A stretch of 64,000 bases of DNA. It comes from a virus. Below, piece after piece: positions 52,765 through 60,893 of this stretch. The stretch lies in IMG/VR virus record IMGVR_UViG_3300045988_144346, positions 7,829 through 71,828 of that record. One strand, written 5' to 3'. The notes beneath the pieces were generated by a model. It searched no databases. It saw nothing but the letters and a program-made list of their open reading frames with translations, and was not told where the DNA came from. Every line of letters starts with the position of its first letter. Positions within the stretch are counted from its first letter, which is position 1. Made by a program: the position numbers and the translations under genes.

Positions 52765-52796
52765 CCCCGGCGGTATCGTCCGCCGGGGATTTTTTG
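52765..52796 (+). terminator. rho-independent terminator
   Basis: CCCCGGCGG-TATCGT-CCGCCGGGG ATTTTTT. Confidence 0.8.
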
Positions 52797-52803
52797 CGCC
52801 GCC

Positions 52804-52834
52804 GGTTGCAATTTGCCGCCGTTGTTGGCATATG
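52804..52834 (+). promoter_or_regulatory. conserved promoter-like motif, copy b
   Basis: GGTTGCAATTTGCCGCCGTTGTTGGCATATG. Confidence 0.5.
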
Positions 52835-52971
52835 AGATATAAAGCAAGCCCCGGCAGCCTCCGGCGGATCGGTAAACGCCGCCGCCCCGGCCGACCGCCG
52901 GGCCCAGCGCCCAGGGTTGCCGGTCCCAGCCCAGCCGCGCCGCCCCCAGCGCTCACGCGAAAAGAAAAACG

Positions 52972-53028
52972 ATTTCACGGGGGCCCGGGCGCGCAGGAGC
53001 CGCCCGCATTTCACGGGGGCCGGGCGCG
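52972..53028 (+). repeat. 21/22-nt direct repeat in a GC-rich leader
   Basis: ATTTCACGGGGGCCCGGGCGCG (52972) and ATTTCACGGGGGCCGGGCGCG (53008). Confidence 0.7.
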
Positions 53029-53175
53029 AGCCAAGGACCGCCGAATTTGCCCGGCGGCGCCATGCCGCAGGGACGCCGGCACGATCGCATACCAGCACGC
53101 ACACCCGGCGGCCATGGCCGCGAGACAGTAAAACATATCCCGCCCCGGAGGTTACGAGGGCAGAAAGGAATTGAC

Positions 53176-53439
53176 ATGCGGAGCTACGTTTACATCGCCT
53201 ACACGGCAGAACAGGACAAGAACGAAACCACATTTACAGAGCGAAAGACCCCGGAATATTGCCCCGGCCGTTATGCCGCTGTTCTCCGCGTAAGTTCAGA
53301 CAATAACATTTTGTCGGCGCTGTCCGCCATCGGCGGGCTCAAGGCGGCAAACGCTTTCCCCAGCAAAAAACAGGCGGAGGAAACCGCCGCGTTTTGGAAT
53401 GAGTGCTACAAGCGAAACGGCACGTATCTTTTTGCGTGA
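53176..53439 (+). CDS. hypothetical protein (87 aa)
   Basis: GAAAGGAA RBS. Start MRSYVYIAYTAEQ. The only protein-like ORF between promoter b and the terminator at 53679. Confidence 0.5.
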   Translation: MRSYVYIAYTAEQDKNETTFTERKTPEYCPGRYAAVLRVSSDNNILSALSAIGGLKAANAFPSKKQAEETAAFWNECYKRNGTYLFA

Positions 53440-53602
53440 TTCAGACAGAACAAGCCGAGTTAGGCGGCCCCTCCAACATGCCGCCCGGCTGGTACGGCGA
53501 GCCGGGCGAGATCGGCGAGCACATGCCGCACGATGGCGGCCATACGCGCATCCGCCCCATACCGGACGATTGACGCGCCCGCCCCGGCTCACGTCTGAAG
53601 CT

Positions 53603-53690
53603 CTGCAAAGCCGCCCCCGGAGATCTGCACAAAGCCCCCAGAGAACCACAGAAACGCCCGCCGGAACGCTGCAAAAAATCCCCCCGGAAG
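53603..53690 (+). repeat. four phased degenerate 22-nt tandem repeats
   Basis: CTGCAAAGCCGCCCCCGGAGAT / CTGCACAAAGCCCCCAGAGAAC / CACAGAAACGCCCGCCGGAACG / CTGCAAAAAATCCCCCCGGAAG. Confidence 0.5.
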
Positions 53691-53719
53691 CCGCCGCCTC
53701 CGGGGGGAAATTATTTTTT
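53679..53719 (+). terminator. rho-independent terminator
   Basis: TCCCCCCGGA-loop-TCCGGGGGGA, then AATTATTTTTT. Confidence 0.8.
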
Positions 53720-53725
53720 GCGTTT

Positions 53726-53756
53726 GGTTGCAAAACGCGCCTATGCCTGGCATATA
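53726..53756 (+). promoter_or_regulatory. conserved promoter-like motif, copy c
   Basis: GGTTGCAAAACGCGCCTATGCCTGGCATATA. Confidence 0.55.
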
Positions 53757-53799
53757 GGGCAGAAAAGCAAAACGGAAACGCGAAAGGAGAAAGCAAAAA

Positions 53800-54225
53800 A
53801 TGAAGATCACCCGTGAGAGCATCGAAAAGAGCAGCGCCCGCATGGGCAACGGCTGGACGCTCAGCCGTTACCATCTGGTCATGTGCGGCGAGAAAGCCGC
53901 CGAGCTGCAGATCCCCATGGAGGACGGCGGATACATCCAGGGCCGCATCTACATTGACAAAAAATGGAGAGGCTACCAGGCATATGACGGCGTGCGGATC
54001 AGCGTCAACGCCTCCCGCTACTACCCGGCGCAGACCCCCGGCGTTTATGTCTCCCACGGCCTCGGCCACTGGGTGGACATTGACCGCCCGGACATGAGTA
54101 AATGTATGTTTTCGGCGGTGGAGAAGATCACGCACAAGATCACCGCAGACGATATCCGCGCCCTGTGCGAAGCAGGCGCGGCAGCCCTGACCGAAAAAAT
54201 GGCGGAGCTCTCCGCCGCAGCGTAA
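53800..54225 (+). CDS. hypothetical protein (141 aa)
   Basis: AAAGGAGAAAG RBS; protein-like composition. Confidence 0.55.
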   Translation: MKITRESIEKSSARMGNGWTLSRYHLVMCGEKAAELQIPMEDGGYIQGRIYIDKKWRGYQAYDGVRISVNASRYYPAQTPGVYVSHGLGHWVDIDRPDMSKCMFSAVEKITHKITADDIRALCEAGAAALTEKMAELSAAA

Positions 54226-54238
54226 GGAGGCGCAGATC

Positions 54239-54484
54239 ATGAATAACGACATTCTCAAGAATTTTGTCGAGCAGGAGCTCAACGACCACAACAAACACAA
54301 CAACGCCGGCCTCGCCTCCGTCGGTTTTTTCGACGGAGCGAAGACCGAAGAAGTGACCTTCCACAGCAACCACCGCGCGCAATACAACCGCCTGCTGATG
54401 TTCTGCGCGGAGAACGGCCTGACCGTCGTTTCCACGCATCCCGGCACGCTTGCGGCTGTCGTTCGTGTAGAGACCGGCAAATAA
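54239..54484 (+). CDS. hypothetical protein (81 aa)
   Basis: AGGAGG RBS; followed by a terminator. Confidence 0.55.
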   Translation: MNNDILKNFVEQELNDHNKHNNAGLASVGFFDGAKTEEVTFHSNHRAQYNRLLMFCAENGLTVVSTHPGTLAAVVRVETGK

Positions 54485-54500
54485 ACGCCAACAGAAGAAA

Positions 54501-54533
54501 CGCCCCCGGCGAGAGCCGGGAGCGTATTTTTTT
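54501..54533 (+). terminator. rho-independent terminator
   Basis: CGCCCCCGGC-GAGA-GCCGGGAGCG TATTTTTTT. Confidence 0.75.
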
Positions 54534-54683
54534 ACGAAAAAACCCCTTGCCCCCGAGACGTACAATAAAAAGCAGATAGCGAAGCCGCCCAGCCCCGGCG
54601 GGATATTCATTTTATTGATAATATATATTCACAAAAATCTATAGAAAAAATGCGCGGGAACATCGCAAAAAATTTGTTTTTCC

Positions 54684-54714
54684 GGTTGCAAAACGGCCGC
54701 CTGGACGGCATATA
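54684..54714 (+). promoter_or_regulatory. conserved promoter-like motif, copy d
   Basis: GGTTGCAAAACGGCCGCCTGGACGGCATATA. The next 26 nt (AAGCATAAAGCAAAAGGAGGTCAC) are identical to copy a. Confidence 0.6.
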
Positions 54715-54742
54715 AAGCATAAAGCAAAAGGAGGTCACTACC

Positions 54743-55966
54743 ATGACACAGAACAAAACCGAGTCCATCCGCTTCTACTACAACGGCCTGCGCGTCAACG
54801 GCGAGCGCAAGCTCACCCGCTGCTGCTATACCATGGATAACCGCCACGACGGCGCCGAGTGCGTCACGATCTACGCGACGGGCTACGACGACCTCCCGCG
54901 CGACATTTTCCCCGTAGAGAACAACAGCGACAGCTATACCGATTATTTCGAGAACGACAGCGCCACGCTTTTCCCCGATCATCCCCTCTATAAATTCGCC
55001 CGCTATGCGGCGATGAAGGCGAACACGCGCGGCAACGCCGAGAGCATCGAGCGCGTGAGCAAAGAGATCGCCGGCATGGGTCGCGAGCCGTGGGCCGGTT
55101 ATATCGACGCGCGCAAGGCCAACGTTGCCCGCTGGCAGCGGGAGATCGCCGACTTCAACGCCGCCGAAGATCCCGGCCAGCCGACCGCCGCCGACGTGGA
55201 AGCGTGCCACGCTCTCCGCCTTGCCGAAGAGAACGCCCGCCGCGAAAAAGAGCACGAGGAAGCGCTTCAGCGCCGGGAAAAGGCGCTGAACGAACAGAAC
55301 AACGGCCGCCGCTTCATCGAGCAGACCGCCGCCGAGCATCCCATCGAGGAGGGGCAGCCGGTCGTGCGCATCCATTGGAGCGAGCACCCCGCGTTCTACG
55401 GCTGGAAGGATGACGAGCTGGTGCTTTCCGTCGCCGCCGCCGAGATCGTTCTCAAGACGTTCGACGAGCAGAAGCGCGACGAAAACGGCGGATACTACAA
55501 GACAAAATTCTCCATCGAGGAGGACGGCGAACTCGTCTACGGCGGCGGGCGCTACGATCTCGGCGACGGGGACGGCGGCCTGTGCGAGCACATCCGCGCC
55601 TTTGGCCGTCACCTGATGGAGCGCGGGCAGTTCGGGCAGGGGGCAACGGAGGAGAACAAGCAGGAAGGCGCGAAGATCGTCGAATTTGCGAACCGTCTCC
55701 AGAGCTACACGCCCGGCGGCTATATTGAGAGCGTCGAGCCGGCGCCTTATATGAATGATGTATTGGAAACTCTGCAGAAAAAGAGAGAGGAAGAAGCCGA
55801 CAACCTTTCCGCGCTGATCCGTCTCCTGCCGGACGAGGGCATCATCGGCATGGCCTCCGACCTTGCCAAGAACGGCTCGCCGGAGACGGCGCGGTACGTC
55901 CTCCTGCAGCTTGCGCAGCGCGACAAGAAGAAGGCCGCCGAAGCCGCGCGAAGTCTCGGATTGTGA
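54743..55966 (+). CDS. hypothetical protein (407 aa)
   Basis: Strong RBS and protein-like composition. No motif I can name. Confidence 0.6.
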   Translation: MTQNKTESIRFYYNGLRVNGERKLTRCCYTMDNRHDGAECVTIYATGYDDLPRDIFPVENNSDSYTDYFENDSATLFPDHPLYKFARYAAMKANTRGNAESIERVSKEIAGMGREPWAGYIDARKANVARWQREIADFNAAEDPGQPTAADVEACHALRLAEENARREKEHEEALQRREKALNEQNNGRRFIEQTAAEHPIEEGQPVVRIHWSEHPAFYGWKDDELVLSVAAAEIVLKTFDEQKRDENGGYYKTKFSIEEDGELVYGGGRYDLGDGDGGLCEHIRAFGRHLMERGQFGQGATEENKQEGAKIVEFANRLQSYTPGGYIESVEPAPYMNDVLETLQKKREEEADNLSALIRLLPDEGIIGMASDLAKNGSPETARYVLLQLAQRDKKKAAEAARSLGL

Positions 55967-55988
55967 ATAAATATTCTTTATATTATTC

Positions 55989-56019
55989 AGTTGCGAAACG
56001 GGCGGCTGCCCGCCATATA
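55989..56019 (+). promoter_or_regulatory. conserved promoter-like motif, copy e
   Basis: AGTTGCGAAACGGGCGGCTGCCCGCCATATA. Confidence 0.5.
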
Positions 56020-56063
56020 CAGCGTAAAGCCCCGCAAAGCGCGGGGCAGAAAGGGGAAAAAAC

Positions 56064-56783
56064 ATGACCGATACCGAACTTTTGGAGATGGCCGGAATTG
56101 CGATCCGGCACGGAGTGCTCAACGTTTACGGGGGGCGGAGCGACGCCGACACGCAGCGCCTGGTTGACAAAATGCTCAACGACCCCGCCGCGTATTACGC
56201 CGTACCGCCGCTGTATCCGGCGCTGCGCGTCTATGCCGAGCTCCGGGGGCGCGTGGCCGCGAAGTCCTGCGGCTCTGCCATTCAGGCGGCGAAGCGCATC
56301 ATCCGGACATGCGCCCGCAACGATATGCGCGGCGTGTGGAAAAGTGCCGACGGCTCCGCCTGGTGCTGCTGCGATGGGCAGCGGGAAGTCCGGCTGAAAA
56401 ATGTCTCCGGCGTTCCCGTGCTGGAACAGAGCTTTCCGAACCTCGAAGCGCAGATCGACGGCTGCGCCAAAGCGGCCAGCAAGTCGCTCCGGCTCCCTAC
56501 CGCCGCCGAACTCAAAACATACATTGCCGCCGAGAAAGCCGCCGGCGTCAAGCCGGATGCCCTTTGGTATTGGTGGGGCAGTGATACGCCGGCAGTGAAC
56601 GCCTCGTTCCTGCTGGACATGGTGACGATCTTCCCCGACTGCAAGGAAGCGCGGTATCGGACGGAGCTTTCCCCGCTTTACTTCTGCGGCGACAATGGCG
56701 ACGGTATTCTCCTGCCTGTTCGCAGAGCCAAATGCCCCGAATTTGAAAGCCGCTGGAACGAGCTGCACAAAAGCGCCGGTTAA
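56064..56783 (+). CDS. hypothetical protein (239 aa), first gene of a five-gene operon
   Basis: AAAGGGGAAAA RBS. Trp/Cys-containing globular sequence. Confidence 0.55.
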   Translation: MTDTELLEMAGIAIRHGVLNVYGGRSDADTQRLVDKMLNDPAAYYAVPPLYPALRVYAELRGRVAAKSCGSAIQAAKRIIRTCARNDMRGVWKSADGSAWCCCDGQREVRLKNVSGVPVLEQSFPNLEAQIDGCAKAASKSLRLPTAAELKTYIAAEKAAGVKPDALWYWWGSDTPAVNASFLLDMVTIFPDCKEARYRTELSPLYFCGDNGDGILLPVRRAKCPEFESRWNELHKSAG

Positions 56784-56854
56784 CCCCGGCGCTCCCCGCA
56801 AATATACATCATCAATATATACACAGGAAAATCTACACAGAAAGAGGCCGGAAC

Positions 56855-58762
56855 ATGGAACAGGAATTTCTCAGTCTGATCTTTCAGGAGGAAAAGCCGT
56901 ATAGAGGTGAGCGCCGTATAGGAATCTATAAAGGCAGCAAGAAAATCGGCGGCATCGAGCAGGTATATAATCTCTATCGCGGGACAACATATCACGCTTT
57001 TGCTAATCGCCCCTATACTTTCACGGTGCCAACCGCAAACTCTGTCGCTCAGGCAAAGCAGAACTTCGTCCGCGCGCTGAAAGAGCACGGCGGGAACGCG
57101 CCGACCAGCGCCGACATAAAAGACCTTCCCGCTGATCCTGACGCAGAATTTTATCCCACGCCGTCTTGGCTGGCCGGAAAGATGCTCGCCTGTCTCGACC
57201 GCAACGCTCCGATCCGCTCTGTTCTGGAACCGTCCGCCGGGAAAGGCGATCTGCTGTATGCCTTGCAGAAATACAACGCCGCCCAGCGTTACGGCAAAGA
57301 CGAAGACATTTTCGAGCTGGCCGACGTGATCGAAGCAGACCAAAATCTGCGGGTGCTTTTAAAGGGTGCCGGTTTCCGTGTCATCGGCGACGACTTCCTG
57401 CAATTCCACACGCACAAACATTACGACCTGATCCTCATGAACCCGCCGTTCTCCAACGGCGATGCACACCTTCTCCGAGCACTGGACATTCAATCCGGCG
57501 GCGGGCAGGTCCTCTGTCTTCTCAACGCGGAAACGCTGAAAAATCCATATACAAACCGCCGCAAAGCCCTGCTCCAGAAGCTGGAAGAGTACCACGCCCA
57601 TGTGGAATATGTGCAGGGCGCTTTCCAGAAAGCCGCCAGAAAATCCGACGTGGAAGTTGCCATTGTCTATGTCAACATACCCGTTCCGGTCATGCACTCG
57701 AACATCATAGATTATCTGAAACGCGCTGAAAGCGCCGCAGAAATAGAGCCGGGAGAAGCCTCTTCCATTGCCTCTGCGAACTGGATGGAAAACCTTATTA
57801 ACGGCTATGAATTTGAAGCGAAAGCCGGTATTGCTCTCCTGCGAGAATACGCTGCCATGCGTCCATATTTGATGGACGGACATACGAACTATGAGAAGCC
57901 GCTGATATCCATAAGCGTCGGAGACCGTGAAATGGAGGAAAGCGTTCCTGCTGACAGCGTTAACCGGTATCTGGAAAAACTGCGGTACAAATACTGGAAC
58001 GCATTTCTTTCCCGCGAAGAAATGACAAGCCGCATGACTTCCTCCATGAGCAAGCAGTACAGCGAAAAGATCAGCGACCTGAAGCACTACGATTTCAATC
58101 TATACAACCTGCAACAGGTATTCTTTGATATCCGTGCGCAGCTCTCCGGCAATGTAGAGGAAAGCATTCTCGATCTTTTTGAAACACTCTCCGGAAAGTA
58201 CGCGTGGATCAGGGAAGAAAACAACAAGAACATCCACTACTTTAACGGCTGGGCAACAAACAAAGCGCACAAGGTGGGGATGAAAGCCATTTTGCCGATC
58301 AATGGGTTTGGCTCCGCATGGTTGGGGAAAGACCGTGGCCTTGATTCTTATTACATCAGCACGCAGCTTTCCGATCTGGAGCGCGCCATGAACTATCTTG
58401 ACCGGGGAGAAACTACCAAACGGAAAAATCTGCAGAGTTTCATCGACTACGCAGTCAAGTGCGGCAATACCGTCGTGGAAACCACCTATTTCAAAGCAAA
58501 ATTCTATAAGAAAGGCACTTGCCATATTCAGTTTCGCCCGGAAGCACAGCGCATCATCGACCGACTGAATATCTTTGCCGCGCAGAAGAAAAACTGGCTG
58601 CCGCCCTGCTACGGCAGGAAGCGCTACAAAGACATGACACCGGAAGAGGCCGCCGTCATTGATGATTTTCAGGGCGAGGATGCCTACGAAAAACTCATGG
58701 AGAACCCCGGACTATACCTCACGGATGCAACGTCCAGCGATTTTCTTTCGCTCCCTGCATAA
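56855..58762 (+). CDS. N6-adenine-type DNA methyltransferase with DUF4942-like C-terminal domain (635 aa)
   Basis: SAM motif VLEPSAGKGDLL, catalytic LILMNPPFSNGD (NPPF). The long C-terminal region is typical of DUF4942 methylases. Confidence 0.7.
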   Translation: MEQEFLSLIFQEEKPYRGERRIGIYKGSKKIGGIEQVYNLYRGTTYHAFANRPYTFTVPTANSVAQAKQNFVRALKEHGGNAPTSADIKDLPADPDAEFYPTPSWLAGKMLACLDRNAPIRSVLEPSAGKGDLLYALQKYNAAQRYGKDEDIFELADVIEADQNLRVLLKGAGFRVIGDDFLQFHTHKHYDLILMNPPFSNGDAHLLRALDIQSGGGQVLCLLNAETLKNPYTNRRKALLQKLEEYHAHVEYVQGAFQKAARKSDVEVAIVYVNIPVPVMHSNIIDYLKRAESAAEIEPGEASSIASANWMENLINGYEFEAKAGIALLREYAAMRPYLMDGHTNYEKPLISISVGDREMEESVPADSVNRYLEKLRYKYWNAFLSREEMTSRMTSSMSKQYSEKISDLKHYDFNLYNLQQVFFDIRAQLSGNVEESILDLFETLSGKYAWIREENNKNIHYFNGWATNKAHKVGMKAILPINGFGSAWLGKDRGLDSYYISTQLSDLERAMNYLDRGETTKRKNLQSFIDYAVKCGNTVVETTYFKAKFYKKGTCHIQFRPEAQRIIDRLNIFAAQKKNWLPPCYGRKRYKDMTPEEAAVIDDFQGEDAYEKLMENPGLYLTDATSSDFLSLPA

Positions 58763-58838
58763 AACCCTGTCCACCCGGTTAATTCCTATTACACATGACA
58801 TAGCAAGTGTAAGACAAAGACCGCAAAGGAGGCGGAAA

Positions 58839-59801
58839 ATGAAAACAGAACCCATCGACATCATTATCCCCGCGCATAATTGCGCCGACACCATCGGCGA
58901 CACCATCAAAAGCCTTGACCTGCAGCTGTGCAAAGACTTCAAGGCGACCGTCGTGATCGACGGCGCGGACGAAAAGCTGGAAGCCGTCGTAGAGACCGCC
59001 GCAGACTCTCGCCCGTGGCTCCGCTGCATGAAAAGCAACGAAAACAAAGGCGCCGGCGCAGCGCGGAACCTCGGAATGCTGGCGTCCGCTTCCGAGTGGC
59101 TGATGTTCCTCGACGCGGACGACCTTCTGCTCCCCCACGCTATCGCCACCATGCAGCAGGCGATACCGGGAAGGCCGGACTTTGTTATCGGCAAAACCAT
59201 GCGCGAGAGCGAGCGCGGCTGCTACGAAGTCGTCGGGCGCGAACAGCTCACCTGGCTGCACGGGCGAATGTACAACTGCGGCTTTCTGACCGCACACGAC
59301 ATCACATTTCCCAACGATCTGCGCATGAGCGAAGACCTGGCGTTTAATATGAAATGCGCAGAATTGGCGAAGGGCGTTCCGGAAACCTCTTGGCCGGTAC
59401 ATATCCAGCGCTGGAACGGAAAGTCTCTCTCACGGCGTTCCGGGGCGTCCAGAGAGCAGGCGAGGACATATATCAAGGCATGCCTGGACTATGCCGTGAA
59501 CTGCGTCCACGCAGAGCGCGAGCCGGAAGACCTGCGCCTTCTCCCCGACGCTCTCGCCGCCTGTTATTACTACTTGGATGCAGTAGAAAGATTGTTTCCG
59601 AATGACCATGAACTCTACGCAGAAATGTGCCGGGACTTTATCAAACTCGCGCAGACGGTAGAGCTTCCGCGTCTCCGCACGCTCCCCGCATGGGAAGCCC
59701 GGCTTGCCCATTCCCTCGCGCTGCCCTCGCGCCCCTACGGCACGGTGTACATGCCGGAGCTGACCTTTGAGCAGCGTTTCATCAATGCGACCCTAAAATA
59801 A
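58839..59801 (+). CDS. family-2 (GT-A) glycosyltransferase (320 aa)
   Basis: IDIIIPAHNCADTIGDTIKSL, NKGAGAARNLG, DxD motif FLDADDLL. Confidence 0.8.
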   Translation: MKTEPIDIIIPAHNCADTIGDTIKSLDLQLCKDFKATVVIDGADEKLEAVVETAADSRPWLRCMKSNENKGAGAARNLGMLASASEWLMFLDADDLLLPHAIATMQQAIPGRPDFVIGKTMRESERGCYEVVGREQLTWLHGRMYNCGFLTAHDITFPNDLRMSEDLAFNMKCAELAKGVPETSWPVHIQRWNGKSLSRRSGASREQARTYIKACLDYAVNCVHAEREPEDLRLLPDALAACYYYLDAVERLFPNDHELYAEMCRDFIKLAQTVELPRLRTLPAWEARLAHSLALPSRPYGTVYMPELTFEQRFINATLK

Positions 59802-59822
59802 ATATACAGGAGGAACCCACCA

Positions 59823-60053
59823 ATGCGAGCACCCTGCATCATCAAAAGAACCACAGACCGGCACGACGGATTGACCGTCGAGTATCTGGAAACGTCGGTC
59901 CCCAAAGCGAAGTATACCGGAGACAAAACCCGCGCCCGTGTGTTCGTCTACACCGGAGACGCCGAGTATATCGTCCGCACACAGCTTCGCAACGGGGCAA
60001 AGTCGTCGCAAAGCTTCACCGTCGTCACGCTCAAGGAGGGCAAAAGAAAATGA
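59823..60053 (+). CDS. hypothetical protein (76 aa)
   Basis: AGGAGGA RBS. ATGA overlap with the next gene. Confidence 0.5.
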   Translation: MRAPCIIKRTTDRHDGLTVEYLETSVPKAKYTGDKTRARVFVYTGDAEYIVRTQLRNGAKSSQSFTVVTLKEGKRK

Positions 60054-60301
60054 GTACAAAAGCAGTAAGACTTCTTCTCATGTTCCTGTTCGGTCAGGTC
60101 GTTCAGACGGCTGTGATGCTCATCGGCTTTGCGCTGGATATGAACTCGATCATCTGGTGGACCGTCGTTTCCGGTCTTGTGATCTTCTGCGCCGCGTGGC
60201 TCGGCGGGTGCATCGCCGCTCCCGAGGCCGTCCGCTCCAAGCGCCACGCAAAGCCCTCCGGGGGCTCTCCGATGGACGCCGCCTCAAAATATCTCGACTG
60301 A
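60050..60301 (+). CDS. small two-TM membrane protein (83 aa)
   Basis: TM segments LLLMFLFGQVVQTAVMLIGFAL and WWTVVSGLVIFCAAWLGGCIAA. Confidence 0.55.
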   Translation: MSTKAVRLLLMFLFGQVVQTAVMLIGFALDMNSIIWWTVVSGLVIFCAAWLGGCIAAPEAVRSKRHAKPSGGSPMDAASKYLD

Positions 60302-60307
60302 CTCCCC

Positions 60308-60336
60308 TTGCGCGCAGCGCGCAGCTAATCTATAAT
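60308..60336 (+). promoter_or_regulatory. sigma-A-type promoter
   Basis: TTGCGC, 17 nt, TATAAT (perfect -10). Confidence 0.55.
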
Positions 60337-60352
60337 ATTCACAAACAACATA

Positions 60353-60396
60353 AAAATCTGCAAACAACTTTGCGAAAATCTGCAAACAAATTTGCG
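60353..60396 (+). repeat. two tandem 22-bp repeats (candidate operator) between promoter and start codon
   Basis: AAAATCTGCAAACAACTTTGCG / AAAATCTGCAAACAAATTTGCG (one mismatch). Each contains TGCAAA..TTTGCG dyad symmetry. Confidence 0.75.
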
Positions 60397-60416
60397 AAAA
60401 GAAAGGAAATAAAATC

Positions 60417-60701
60417 ATGTCTGAATCCAACGCCAATTATTCCATCAACGAGCCCCGCTTCCAGCGCGTCATCAAGTACGCAACGTCCGCCTCCAAGCAG
60501 ATCCCCGGCGCGCTCGTGCGCGTAGCGGAGAGCGAAGAAACAGACCTCAACACCGTCCGTCTGACTCTCCCCATCCCGTCCGAGATCAACAAGATCGCCG
60601 TCCATTACCTCCACAACGCCGGATTCTCCGCCGACAAGACCGAACTAACCCAGGACGGCTTTACCTTTACCGTAGACATGACGCAGCCCTACGAAGACTG
60701 A
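60417..60701 (+). CDS. hypothetical protein (94 aa)
   Basis: GAAAGGAAA RBS; followed by a GC hairpin. Confidence 0.55.
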   Translation: MSESNANYSINEPRFQRVIKYATSASKQIPGALVRVAESEETDLNTVRLTLPIPSEINKIAVHYLHNAGFSADKTELTQDGFTFTVDMTQPYED

Positions 60702-60732
60702 CGCAGCAACTCCACACCAAGGCACAAACGCC

Positions 60733-60754
60733 CCCTGCGGTTAACCCCGCAGGG
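60733..60754 (+). terminator. GC hairpin (weak terminator, no clean U-tract)
   Basis: CCCTGCGG-TTAACC-CCGCAGGG. Confidence 0.35.
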
Positions 60755-60833
60755 AGCGCAAAATAACTTCAGAGGGTTGCGGCGGTTGCGACACACCCCG
60801 TAGAAAATACTTTAAAATTTCTTCAGATGCCTA

Positions 60834-60862
60834 TTGACTTTATGCGGCAGCAATAATATACT
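60834..60862 (+). promoter_or_regulatory. sigma-A-type promoter
   Basis: TTGACT, 17 nt, TATACT. AAGGAGGG RBS follows. Confidence 0.5.
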
Positions 60863-60893
60863 AATTGCAGGAGCAATAAAGGAGGGATAAACG

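Noticed and set aside
52832-53174. ORFs 52832-53131 (99 aa) and 52917-53174 (85 aa) in the leader of the 53176 gene. Also 53399-53803 in its trailer.
   Set aside because: They are Arg/Pro/Ala-rich low-complexity translations in several overlapping frames. One starts inside the promoter -10 box and none has an RBS. The region is treated as non-coding.
53296-56122. Minus-strand ORFs of 394 aa (53296-54480) and 497 aa (54629-56122) across the plus-strand cassettes.
   Set aside because: They run through plus-strand promoters, terminators and RBS-led genes. Their composition is Arg/Ala/Gly-rich with no motifs. The plus-strand genes have proper RBSs and terminators.
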